Source: a virus
Taxonomy: Duplodnaviria > Caudoviricetes
Direction: 5' to 3' (one strand)
IMG/VR virus record: IMGVR_UViG_3300037249_000698
Location: 1 to 64,000 of that record
Length of the DNA: 64,000 bases
The position numbers and the translations under genes were made by a program. Under the pieces are notes generated by a model that saw nothing but the letters and a program-made list of their open reading frames with translations, was not told the DNA's origin and ran no database searches. Numbering within the stretch: the stretch's first letter is position 1; every line of letters begins with the position of its first letter. Below are positions 55,135-64,000 of the stretch, one piece after another.

Positions 55135-55641
55135 ATGCTGTCAATAGAAAGAGCGTATAACTGGGTTAAGACTCGCCCTGCCGAAGAATACAATGCGATG
55201 AAGAATGATTTAGATAGTGCTACCGCAACTATCAGACGAATTTTTAGGGATAATAACATTCGTAAAGAATCAGTCGAAATCATGTTCACCGCTGACGATG
55301 AGCTTGTTACCACTAAAAAGCTGATTGAAGAAGAATTAGTTAATGTTAATGAAAAGCTGTTAGCTATTGAAAACGAACGTGAAAAGCTGACTAATAAGCT
55401 GACAATGTTAAACTGCATTATCAAGGTTAATAACGTTGTGGTTAATGACGAACGTGAACGTAGAGAACGCACTCGCATTTTACAGGCACAGGCTAAAGAG
55501 GCTCAAAAGGCATTTTTGTTAAAACAGCAGGAACTTATTGCTAAAGAATTAGGCATAGCAAAGACCGAGGTTGAATTACCTCAAACTGAACAGAAAACAA
55601 AAAGAAAGAAGTCAATGGTAAAAGAAAATGGCTCTGATTAG
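55135..55641 (+). CDS. coiled-coil hypothetical protein
   Basis: ORF with GAGG RBS. Confidence 0.7.
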   Translation: MLSIERAYNWVKTRPAEEYNAMKNDLDSATATIRRIFRDNNIRKESVEIMFTADDELVTTKKLIEEELVNVNEKLLAIENEREKLTNKLTMLNCIIKVNNVVVNDERERRERTRILQAQAKEAQKAFLLKQQELIAKELGIAKTEVELPQTEQKTKRKKSMVKENGSD

Positions 55642-56023
55642 TTTTGGTCAAAGATTTTTCACTCATTGGCGTAAGTACAAAGCTAGACTGTTTAAGGTAT
55701 CGGGTTGGATAAGCAATCCGTTACCGTCAGGCTCTACCGTTTTAATGCCATCGAGAGTACGCATTAAAATGACCGCTAGAGATGCGGATAGTTCTTTTAC
55801 TATTCGTAGCGGTAATACTAGCATTACGTACAATTTACATCAAGGCGAAGAATTTATTACGGTTGTAAATGCCAACAATTTCCTTGTTACGGATAATGCT
55901 GGCATGGTTGAGGTTGACTTAGGGCATCTTAGGTCAGATTGGGCAATTATCATAGGCGTAGGACACCCTATAACAGACGGTTACGGTTTATCTGCATACG
56001 GTGTAGACCCTTACGGAGAATAG
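55628..56023 (+). CDS. putative virion protein
   Basis: C-terminal GYGLSAYGVDPYG. Confidence 0.6.
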   Translation: MALISFGQRFFTHWRKYKARLFKVSGWISNPLPSGSTVLMPSRVRIKMTARDADSSFTIRSGNTSITYNLHQGEEFITVVNANNFLVTDNAGMVEVDLGHLRSDWAIIIGVGHPITDGYGLSAYGVDPYGE

Positions 56024-56025
56024 AA

Positions 56026-57816
56026 ATGGGAACAACATTAGAAAACGGCGTTTATTTGCCAAGTGAGGGCGAGCGTAACTGTTATGCTGGCTTAAAGACA
56101 AATTGGGAGATTTTAGACCAAAAAGTTGCTGATGTAACAGCATTACAACAAGCTGTCGCAGGTGCGTTACACAGAGAAATTGTCGAAAGTTTGCCGACTA
56201 CTGACATTGATCCTAATACTATTTACATGGTTTTAAGTGGCACAAGTGCTACTGAAAACGTGTATAACGAGTACATGTACGTCAACAACGCATGGGAGTT
56301 AATTGGTACAAGTGCGACTGATTTAACAAACTATTATACAAAGGGTGAGATTGATGGCAAGTTACTGTTAAAAGCTAATGATAGTGATGTTGTTCATAAG
56401 AGTGGGAATGAGACTATTAGTGGTGTTAAGAGTTTTATCAATTATTTTTTGGGAAAAGATTTATCTGGACAAACAGTAGACTTAAACGACTGTGTTGATG
56501 CTTATAGTGGTGCGATGCACTATTACTATGCTGTATCAAATTATACAAACATTTCAAACAAGCCAGAAAACAAGCCTTTTATTCTAGAAAGTAAAACAGT
56601 AAGGTATGTGTCTTCAGCAGATTACACCTATTATCAGAAAATTTATACTGCTGATTATAATGCTACTCCGTCTATCTATACTCGGTATTATCGTTCTGGG
56701 TCTGCATCATGGTCAAATTGGATAAAAGATACTGATAAATTTGTAACAACTGATACTAATCAGACTATATCAGGAAATAAGACATTTCTTGATATACCTA
56801 TTTCTTTTAAGAGCTCAACTGCTGAATTAGGTGTGACAGGTGGAAATGCAAAGGTAATTTTCACTGATAAAAATCTGTTAAATTTAGCTGGTATAACTTT
56901 TGGAAATTATGAAAGTTCAAAATTATCATATTGTAGATTCCATATCTATGACAAAGATTCAAATAATCAGGAAGTTGAAAATTTTATTGAATTTTCTTAT
57001 GTGAACAATAATCAGGTTGCCTACCTTAGACCAAATAAATCAAATTTTGCTACTTTGGGTACAGTTAATAATAGGTGGTCTAAAGTATATGCAAATGAAT
57101 ATTATTATGGTTCAAACAATGTAGAATTTAGCACTAAATTTGTCACTACTGATACTGATCAAACAATAAACGGTGTTAAGAGTTTTAGTGATAATATCAG
57201 TACAAAGAAAATAATATCTAATGTTGCACAATTACAGATAAATGCAAAGTCTAGTGCTGATAGTGTTGCTATAATAGCAGGGGCTGATGCTTCTGAGGGT
57301 GGTGGTTTTTGGTGTTATGGTAAGAACTCTGGAAATGGCTCTGATTGTCGTATGCAGATATACAACACATCCAAATCACGCTATGAGAGTATTGATTTAG
57401 TAGGTTCTCAATTTTTGCCTAACCCATCAGGTGAATTAGACTGTGGTGGAACATCAAACAAATGGAAAACATTTAACGGCTTAAATCCAGGTTGTTTATC
57501 TTTACCCGATTTTTCTAATGCAATAGATATAAGCTCATATATTACCGTTACAGGCGGGTCAATAATTAGTAATTCATACACACCTCCAACTGATGGTTAT
57601 ATTTCTGTAAACTTAGGTCGTTCAAGTGGTGCTATAGGATTGGTTTTAAGTAATGGCAAAATTGAAGTGTGTGTAAGAGAAAATACTTTTCCTGATAATC
57701 ATAGGGAATGCGGAGGATTTATACCAGTTCAAAAGAATGATACTGTTGTAATCATAAGCTGTTTAGCTGATTCTACTATTTGGGCGTACTTTATACCATG
57801 CTTAGGAAATGTTTAA
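56026..57816 (+). CDS. fibre / receptor-binding protein
   Basis: three xxTxxxQTISGxKxF repeats; start reassigned to MGTT. Confidence 0.8.
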   Translation: MGTTLENGVYLPSEGERNCYAGLKTNWEILDQKVADVTALQQAVAGALHREIVESLPTTDIDPNTIYMVLSGTSATENVYNEYMYVNNAWELIGTSATDLTNYYTKGEIDGKLLLKANDSDVVHKSGNETISGVKSFINYFLGKDLSGQTVDLNDCVDAYSGAMHYYYAVSNYTNISNKPENKPFILESKTVRYVSSADYTYYQKIYTADYNATPSIYTRYYRSGSASWSNWIKDTDKFVTTDTNQTISGNKTFLDIPISFKSSTAELGVTGGNAKVIFTDKNLLNLAGITFGNYESSKLSYCRFHIYDKDSNNQEVENFIEFSYVNNNQVAYLRPNKSNFATLGTVNNRWSKVYANEYYYGSNNVEFSTKFVTTDTDQTINGVKSFSDNISTKKIISNVAQLQINAKSSADSVAIIAGADASEGGGFWCYGKNSGNGSDCRMQIYNTSKSRYESIDLVGSQFLPNPSGELDCGGTSNKWKTFNGLNPGCLSLPDFSNAIDISSYITVTGGSIISNSYTPPTDGYISVNLGRSSGAIGLVLSNGKIEVCVRENTFPDNHRECGGFIPVQKNDTVVIISCLADSTIWAYFIPCLGNV

Positions 57817-57825
57817 GAGGTTTAT

Positions 57826-58011
57826 ATGTCAGAATTAGAAGAAGATATAAAACACTGTGAAGAAGTCCTTGCTGATTGGCATGGATGCGATGAATGTAAG
57901 GCAGACCACGAAAGGCTTTTATCGTATATGAAAGAATTACTAGAGTATAGAAAAGCAAAGGACAGCATTATGACAGATAATACAGATATTGAATTTTCTT
58001 CCCATGCTTAG
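57826..58011 (+). CDS. small phage protein
   Basis: IKHCEE...CDECKADHERLL..MKELLEYR. Confidence 0.6.
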   Translation: MSELEEDIKHCEEVLADWHGCDECKADHERLLSYMKELLEYRKAKDSIMTDNTDIEFSSHA

Positions 58012-58031
58012 AAAACGTATAAGGAATTATT

Positions 58032-58151
58032 ATGAGTGATGAATTAGAAAATATTGAAAATGTAGAGCAATCTACAGGTGAAGTAAGTGGTGAAGTAAGT
58101 GGTGAAGTACCTGAAGATAATTCTAATTCTGATAAAAGTTTATTTAACTGA
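58032..58151 (+). pseudogene. truncated fibre-chaperone-like ORF (39 aa)
   Basis: AAGGAA RBS; MSDELENIENVE resembles 58452; 12-bp tandem repeat. Confidence 0.5.
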
Positions 58152-58451
58152 TGAAATCGCATACAATGCGAAAATTTTAACGATAGTGCTAATCTATTGA
58201 TTTTCTCGATAGATTACACTATCAAATAACTACAATCGAATATAACGCAATCTAGCGAGGTTTTACGAGGTTTATGAAGTGGTTTAATGATTGGCAGTTT
58301 GTCGAGCTTGTCTTTATGGTCATTGTCCTTTCAATGTTGCTTTCTTGCAGATTGCTCGGCTTTATGTAATAAAACCTAAAAATTCATACTTTTTATTTTT
58401 ATGCTATAATTATTTTTGCCGTTCCGAGTAATCAGAACGTAAGGATTTAAA

Positions 58452-59126
58452 ATGTCAGATGAAAATAACGAAAATGTAGAGTTAGAGGTAGAAAAACCTA
58501 CTGACGAATTACCACCTACTACCGATGAAAACAAGGTCGTTGAGGATTTTGAAGAACCTGTAGAATCTGAACCTATCGAACAGGCTTTCGGTGTCTATTA
58601 TTACGACAAAATCTTCGATGATGGTCGCTTAGGTCAGTTCACCGAAAGCACTCAACTTGCATATCAACTCGGTTGGCAGGATAACGTTATTCAGCAAGCA
58701 GATACCGAAAAAGATTGGCGTGGCTATACCTACGTTAAAGGATATGCACAGGCTAAATCCCTTGAAGTCGCTAAACAGCAAAAACTCTCTCAACTCAAAC
58801 AAGAGTCTGAAAAGTATTCTGCTTATGAGTGCGAAACTATGTTCGTTGTTTCTTCTCTCGGTTTTAAAATTAACGCAGACCATAAATCACAGGATAATAT
58901 CCGAGGTCTTATCGCTCTCAATGCCCCGACAGCGTTTAAAGACTTTGATAATCAGTTCCACCAAGTCTCGGTTGATGATTTGAATACTTTGCTTGACGAA
59001 TGTTACGCAAACGGTGCAAATCTTTATCAGCAGAAATTCAAAATGGAACTCGAAATATCACAACTACAAAATGTAGAGGAAATAGATAACTATCCTATTG
59101 TATTTACTATGGCTGATTTTTCTTAA
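58452..59126 (+). CDS. fibre assembly protein (DUF4376-like)
   Basis: AKQQKLSQL...SQDNI...FKDFDNQF. Confidence 0.75.
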   Translation: MSDENNENVELEVEKPTDELPPTTDENKVVEDFEEPVESEPIEQAFGVYYYDKIFDDGRLGQFTESTQLAYQLGWQDNVIQQADTEKDWRGYTYVKGYAQAKSLEVAKQQKLSQLKQESEKYSAYECETMFVVSSLGFKINADHKSQDNIRGLIALNAPTAFKDFDNQFHQVSVDDLNTLLDECYANGANLYQQKFKMELEISQLQNVEEIDNYPIVFTMADFS

Positions 59127-59181
59127 TCACCTATACCCTCTTTTCTATAAAGAGGGTTTATTTTTATAAGGCAGACAACTT

Positions 59182-59448
59182 ATGTCTAATAACTATAACG
59201 CTCTTGTGGTGGCTCTCGCACAATTCGGTTATGTCACCGTTTCAGATAACTATAACATTGAACTAACTATCGACTATGCCCATTTCAATTCAGACGAACA
59301 ATCTATTATCAATACTATTAAATCTGTTTTCGAGGAAAATAATTTTGAGCCTATTATAGAAAATCTGCCTTATTACTCTAGTTACGACCTCGCTATTACC
59401 TCTACTGATTTTAGCAAGCCGTTTGTCGTTTCAGTAATATACGCATAG
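59182..59448 (+). CDS. hypothetical protein
   Basis: 88 aa ORF. Confidence 0.6.
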   Translation: MSNNYNALVVALAQFGYVTVSDNYNIELTIDYAHFNSDEQSIINTIKSVFEENNFEPIIENLPYYSSYDLAITSTDFSKPFVVSVIYA

Positions 59449-59615
59449 CAGTTCCGAACTTATTGACCAAAAGGGTATGCAAATCTACATGGGTAATACG
59501 TCTACTCAAAACATTGTCGATGTTTGTTCAGCGTTAATTACTTATAAGGTATTGCATAATAAATCTTAATCTGCTATAATCGTCTCAACATGTTTGACAA
59601 TTCATTGGAGTTATT

Positions 59616-60077
59616 ATGAAACTTGATATAAATTTAGACTTGCTTGACGAGTTAAAAGAACCATTACCTAAAGGTACTTACGTTCTTGAATATGTTAGAG
59701 ACGATTTTAGTAATTCAAACACTATTATTGACATTTATTGCAAAGTTCTTTCTAGTCCTGACCATCCTGAAAAAGTCGGAACCAAATGTAAGATACAGAC
59801 TTGTTATAGTTCTAACAATAAGCAAATTGTTGCAGTCGGCAACTCAATTCGTAATCAAATATTTAAGGCTTGTATCGGTAAAGATTTGTTTGACGCTGAA
59901 AGTAAAAAAGGCGGACTGAATACGTCTAAGCTCTATGGTCTTAAATTTCAGTGTTTTGTCGATATTAAGGAAACCACCTACGGTTTTAATACTAGCAAAA
60001 ACACTTTCAAAACTTTTAAATGTGTTTATAACGATGAAGATTTATTGCAGATTGCAAAAGAAAGATTTTTAGACTAA
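59616..60077 (+). CDS. DUF669-like putative ssDNA-binding protein
   Basis: EPLPKGTY N-terminus; own TTGCAT-N17-TATAAT promoter. Confidence 0.5.
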   Translation: MKLDINLDLLDELKEPLPKGTYVLEYVRDDFSNSNTIIDIYCKVLSSPDHPEKVGTKCKIQTCYSSNNKQIVAVGNSIRNQIFKACIGKDLFDAESKKGGLNTSKLYGLKFQCFVDIKETTYGFNTSKNTFKTFKCVYNDEDLLQIAKERFLD

Positions 60078-60157
60078 TTTATACTTTCCCACTCTTTTAA
60101 AGCCATTTCAAAATTAAGGTATAATATCATGTGTGTGATATTATATGAGGTTTTGTC

Positions 60158-60718
60158 ATGGCTTTTATTGTTGAAAATGGTACTAATGTTCCTAATGCCA
60201 ATGCTTACGTTACCGTAGAATTTGCCGATAGCTATTTCGAGGACAAAGGCAATTCTTTTTGGGAAACTCTTACTACCGAACAAAAACAACAACGCATTGT
60301 CGTTGCTACTCAATACATTGATTCTCGATGGTACGGTCAATTCAAGGGTAATATGTTTTATGAAAAACAATCCCTTGAATTTCCTAGAACTGTTTGGGTT
60401 GAGGAAGAACCCGATCCACTAGACCCTGAACAGACTGTCGAAGTTCCGTTTATGCCTCTCGCATTGTTAAGAGCGTGTTCTGAATACGCTATCAATGTTG
60501 ACGAGGAATCAATGTCTCTTGCCGTTAATTTTGAAACGTCTGAAACAGGCAGTGCTATTAAGCGTAAGAAAGAACAGGTCGGTACTCTGCAAACTGATAC
60601 CGAATACTTTTCTAATGGCACTGAACTCGGCTCATTATGGGAAAAGTACACCCTCGCAGATAGCCTTATGGCATCTCTGTTAAAGCAGAATTTAGTATGG
60701 AGATGTTATAGAGCATGA
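60158..60718 (+). CDS. head-tail adaptor (DnaT-like)
   Basis: IVENGT.VPNANAY, QSLEFPR, KEQVGTL. Confidence 0.8.
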   Translation: MAFIVENGTNVPNANAYVTVEFADSYFEDKGNSFWETLTTEQKQQRIVVATQYIDSRWYGQFKGNMFYEKQSLEFPRTVWVEEEPDPLDPEQTVEVPFMPLALLRACSEYAINVDEESMSLAVNFETSETGSAIKRKKEQVGTLQTDTEYFSNGTELGSLWEKYTLADSLMASLLKQNLVWRCYRA

Positions 60719-61152
60719 GTAAGAAAGAATCATACATCAAGTATAAAAAACTTGCTGAAAAACTTTTAAATAAATATGGTACTGAAAAGGTTAACATTAC
60801 ACTTGCTATGAATATCGGTGATGATGATGTTCCTTTTCAAGTTAATCCACAAAAAGTTGTTGAATATAATACGGTAGGCGTTATTATGCCTCCTGTTCGT
60901 GGTTTGTACTTTCAGGGTACACGTTTCGGTTTTCATACAGAATACGATAAAGGCGATTATGAGGATAAAATGTCCTGCATGGTTCTCCCTATCTATGACG
61001 ATGAGGGCAAGGTTATTGATTTAACAAAAGCTACTCACATCACTATTAAAAATGTCGATGGCTCTGCCGATGAACGCTATCGAGTGTTTTTCTGCGATGT
61101 CATGAAACCTGCCGATGTTGTTATCCTGTTTTCATTCGGTCTTGGTAGATAA
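60715..61152 (+). CDS. head closure protein
   Basis: AEKLLNKYG; synteny. Confidence 0.65.
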   Translation: MSKKESYIKYKKLAEKLLNKYGTEKVNITLAMNIGDDDVPFQVNPQKVVEYNTVGVIMPPVRGLYFQGTRFGFHTEYDKGDYEDKMSCMVLPIYDDEGKVIDLTKATHITIKNVDGSADERYRVFFCDVMKPADVVILFSFGLGR

Positions 61153-61161
61153 GGTGAAATT

Positions 61162-61578
61162 ATGCAAGTTAAAGATGCCGTTTTTTACATGAAAAAACTA
61201 TTCACCGATTATTGGTGCAAAGAACTTAAATACAAGTGTATCTTTCAGAACATCCTCGGTGATACTCCTATTGACAACGTTCCGTTCGCTAAAATGGACT
61301 TGGTTCACTCTTATGCGGATAGGGCAACTTTAATGGGTATGAATAAAACCAAATATCGCAATCGTGGTCTGATTTATATTCAGTTATTCGTACCTAGTAA
61401 CACAGGCATGGATAATGCGTATGAATTAGCACAGTCTATTATGAATATTTATCGTAGACCACCACATGATTGTCAGATAAATTTTCACGGTTTTAGATTT
61501 GAAGAAAGCACACTCCGATACAAAGACTTTTTTAAAGTCACAGTTATCGTTGGCTTTGATTATGACTATCATTTCTAG
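61162..61578 (+). CDS. tail terminator
   Basis: RNRGLIYIQLFVP..G. Confidence 0.75.
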   Translation: MQVKDAVFYMKKLFTDYWCKELKYKCIFQNILGDTPIDNVPFAKMDLVHSYADRATLMGMNKTKYRNRGLIYIQLFVPSNTGMDNAYELAQSIMNIYRRPPHDCQINFHGFRFEESTLRYKDFFKVTVIVGFDYDYHF

Positions 61579-61648
61579 GTTTTATGATTTTAGTGTATAA
61601 TATCACTACCTATTTGTTTTCTTTCTTTTAGCTAAAGGATTAAATAAT

Positions 61649-63187
61649 ATGACTAAAGCGTTAAAAATTGACTCATCTGCCGTAGGGTTGTATATGGCTA
61701 AGGAACAGTCTATCAATGTTCTGCCTACTACACCTGTTTGGCAACAACTTGAACCATCTGAAATTGGCGATATTGGTGGCGAAACCACTCAAACCTCTCG
61801 TACAATTATCAGACCTGATAGACAGAACAACCGTGGTGCTATTACCGATTTGAGTGCTAGTGCTGACTTTACACAGGAACTTTCTCAAAACAATTCAAAC
61901 GAGTTGTTTCAAGGTTTCTGCTTTGCAAAGGCTCACGAACAGTTTACTACTAAGCCTCTGAATGTCGGTGATCCTACTACCACCGTTTCGTGTTCTACTG
62001 ACACCTACACTCTTACCGATACTACTTTTGATACTTCCTCTATCAAGGCTGGTACTCTTATTAAGGCTAGTGGTTTTACAGTTGCATCTAATAACGGTTT
62101 AAAGGTTGTTGATAGCGTTGCCGATAACGTAATCACCATTACAAGTGCAGGCGGTGTTACTACCGAAGATGCCGGTGACGGTGTTCTCGAAGTCGTTGGT
62201 AAGACTGTTTCAGCTACTATTACCGTAACAGGTAAGGTTAAACTCGGCTTTACTGATGCTGACGATTTAGGACTTGAAATCGGTCAGTGGGTATTCGTTG
62301 GCGGTGATACTAACAAGTTCGCTAATAACGACCCATTCTACGCTCGTATCGGTGCTATTGAAAGCGATGGTTTAGTTCTTGACTTTACCACTAATGCTAC
62401 CGAACTTACCGCTGAATCAGAAACCACTATCGACCTGTTCTATGGCATGACAATCCATAACGAAAAGGATATTGATAAGATTAAGAGAACCACATATACA
62501 ATCGAGGAACGTCTTGGCTTTGCGGATCAGGAAAACACTATCCCACAAGCATCTTACGTTTCAGGTTGTGTTCCTAGTGAAATTACAATCAATATCGAAA
62601 ACTCTGCTCTGTCTGCTATTCAGTACACCTTTACAGGTTGCCGTTTCTACACTAAGAAAGGTACTCTCGCTACTGGTACTCGTTTAGATCCGTGGGATGA
62701 AAAGGGTTATAACAATGCAAACGAAGTTTACCTCGCTTGTCTCTCTACCGTTTCAAACGACCCTACCAAGACAGCACCTAACGAACTCTTTGCATTTATG
62801 AGTTCAGGTAATATCAGTATCAACAACAATACCTCTGAAAACAAGGCTGTTGGTTGTCTCGGAGCTTTCGATATTTCTGTCGGAAAGTTCGATGTTACAG
62901 CAAATCCTAGTGTATATTTTGTCGATGTTGACGTTATCAAGTCTCTGAAAGAGAACGTTGACGTAGGTATGCAGGTGATTTTAGCACGTAACAACGAGGG
63001 TATTATCTTTGATATTCCTATGATGGGTATGGGTGCTAGTATTCCGTCTGTAAGTGATGGTGAACCGCTGACTATGGACTTGACTGCAAACGGTGCTAAG
63101 TCTAAGTATGGTTATACTTTCGCATATCAGAACTTTAAGTATCTGCCTGACGTAGCTATGGCTAGTGATATGACTGGTTTTGATTAA
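61649..63187 (+). CDS. major tail tube protein
   Basis: YTIEE, ISINNN, GKFDVT...YF; synteny. Confidence 0.85.
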   Translation: MTKALKIDSSAVGLYMAKEQSINVLPTTPVWQQLEPSEIGDIGGETTQTSRTIIRPDRQNNRGAITDLSASADFTQELSQNNSNELFQGFCFAKAHEQFTTKPLNVGDPTTTVSCSTDTYTLTDTTFDTSSIKAGTLIKASGFTVASNNGLKVVDSVADNVITITSAGGVTTEDAGDGVLEVVGKTVSATITVTGKVKLGFTDADDLGLEIGQWVFVGGDTNKFANNDPFYARIGAIESDGLVLDFTTNATELTAESETTIDLFYGMTIHNEKDIDKIKRTTYTIEERLGFADQENTIPQASYVSGCVPSEITINIENSALSAIQYTFTGCRFYTKKGTLATGTRLDPWDEKGYNNANEVYLACLSTVSNDPTKTAPNELFAFMSSGNISINNNTSENKAVGCLGAFDISVGKFDVTANPSVYFVDVDVIKSLKENVDVGMQVILARNNEGIIFDIPMMGMGASIPSVSDGEPLTMDLTANGAKSKYGYTFAYQNFKYLPDVAMASDMTGFD

Positions 63188-63203
63188 CAGTAGATAACTA
63201 AGT

Positions 63204-63233
63204 AAAAGGCTAGGGTAAAACCTAGCCTTTTTT
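63204..63233 (+). terminator. intrinsic terminator
   Basis: AAAAGGCTAGG/CCTAGCCTTTT. Confidence 0.85.
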
Positions 63234-63291
63234 ATTTTGTGTTATAATCTTAATACTATAATTTTTTATTCACAAATTTACGGAGATTGTT

Positions 63292-63786
63292 ATGGGTGGT
63301 TTATTAGGAAAGTTTTTAACCGATAAGCAGGCTGAAAATCAGGGCGTTTGGGTGGCTTATGAAGATGCTGTAAACGATGATGGTACTTACCCTGAATTTT
63401 GTATCAAGCGTATCAGCACAAACAATACCTCTTATCAGGCTAAAGTAAATCCTTTGTTACGCCAGTTAGACGCTTTATCAAGAAAAGAAAACGCTAACTA
63501 CAACGAATACAAGAAAGTCAATGAAAAACTTGCTTATCTGTATATTGACGAAATTCTTGTCGATTGGCGTAACGTAAAGCATGAGGCGGTCATTGACCAA
63601 GAGGGTAATGTTGTCGTTGATGAAAACGGCGTTGCTATCTGCGAGGAAATCCCATTCTCAAAGGAAAAGGCTAGAGAAATTTTGGGTGATCCTGATTTTA
63701 TCGAAGTCCTTAACTGGTTAATGAAACAGAGTACCGATGTTAGTAATTTCCTCGTTTCAAACCGTAATAAAGATTTAAAATTCTAA
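63292..63786 (+). CDS. tail assembly chaperone (G)
   Basis: E..GVWV, ILVDWRNV, IPFSKEKA. Confidence 0.85.
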   Translation: MGGLLGKFLTDKQAENQGVWVAYEDAVNDDGTYPEFCIKRISTNNTSYQAKVNPLLRQLDALSRKENANYNEYKKVNEKLAYLYIDEILVDWRNVKHEAVIDQEGNVVVDENGVAICEEIPFSKEKAREILGDPDFIEVLNWLMKQSTDVSNFLVSNRNKDLKF

Positions 63787-64000
63787 TCGAGTTTTTTGAC
63801 TATTGTTATAAAAACAGTTCTCAAAAACATAAAAACCTCGAACGTGCTGTTGAAATGGCAAAAAGGTTCGGTCGTAAAGTTAGTAATACTGTTGAGGAAA
63901 AGCTAAATACTGCCGAACCTGTTTTACCCGATTATTTAGTCCTGTTCTTTCAGGCTTTTAAAAATCTCGACAGACAACGCTCATCAGGATTTGGCGTTGG
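63774..64000 (+). CDS. tail assembly chaperone -1 frameshift extension (GT), partial
   Basis: slippery T-TTA-AAA; -1 frame open to window end with AFKNLDRQRSSGFG. Confidence 0.8.

Noticed and set aside
419-63000. Numerous antisense or out-of-frame short ORFs in the track (e.g. 7646-8029, 10066-10407, 55086-55478)
   Set aside because: Shadows of well-supported genes without RBS; only the embedded o-spanin 48690-48893 is retained.
1-64000. Stop-codon recoding, DGR or lysogeny module
   Set aside because: Conserved genes are intact in code 11; no suppressor tRNA, reverse transcriptase or integrase seen.

Overview
64 kb of an AT-rich tailed dsDNA phage genome of siphovirus type (tail tube and G/T chaperone, no sheath seen). 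Embedded Rz/Rz1 spanins indicate a Gram-negative host, and sigma70 promoters with CRP-like sites suggest a gammaproteobacterium (inference). Three blocks: (1) 1-31.2 kb, minus strand: replication/recombination/nucleotide genes (DEDDh exonuclease, NrdG, DHFR, RusA-like, primase-polymerase/DUF3987 helicase, SF2 helicase, Cas4-like nuclease, RecT-like, ligase, dNMP kinase, two DNA MTases, RlmN/Cfr-like radical SAM), a tRNA/ncRNA cluster and ~45 small unknown genes. (2) 31.3-44.1 kb, plus strand: a very AT-rich early/host-takeover-like array of small genes, nearly each with its own TTGACA-N17-TAnnnT promoter. (3) 44.2-64 kb, plus strand: GT8 glycosyltransferase, dUTPase, lysis cassette, terminase, portal, scaffold, capsid, fibre, head-tail and tail genes. 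No integrase or CRISPR array was seen. The most unusual signals are non-coding: a dispersed set of candidate small RNAs that expose anti-Shine-Dalgarno/anti-start-codon sequences, several with 11-15 nt matches to this phage's own leaders; co-varying inverted repeats centred on the -10 boxes of the early promoters; a strand-polarised AACGGATT motif (about 20 copies in 14 kb); CRP-like sites at -61.5; and a tRNA-like RNA with an over-long anticodon arm. All calls were made by eye, without database searches.
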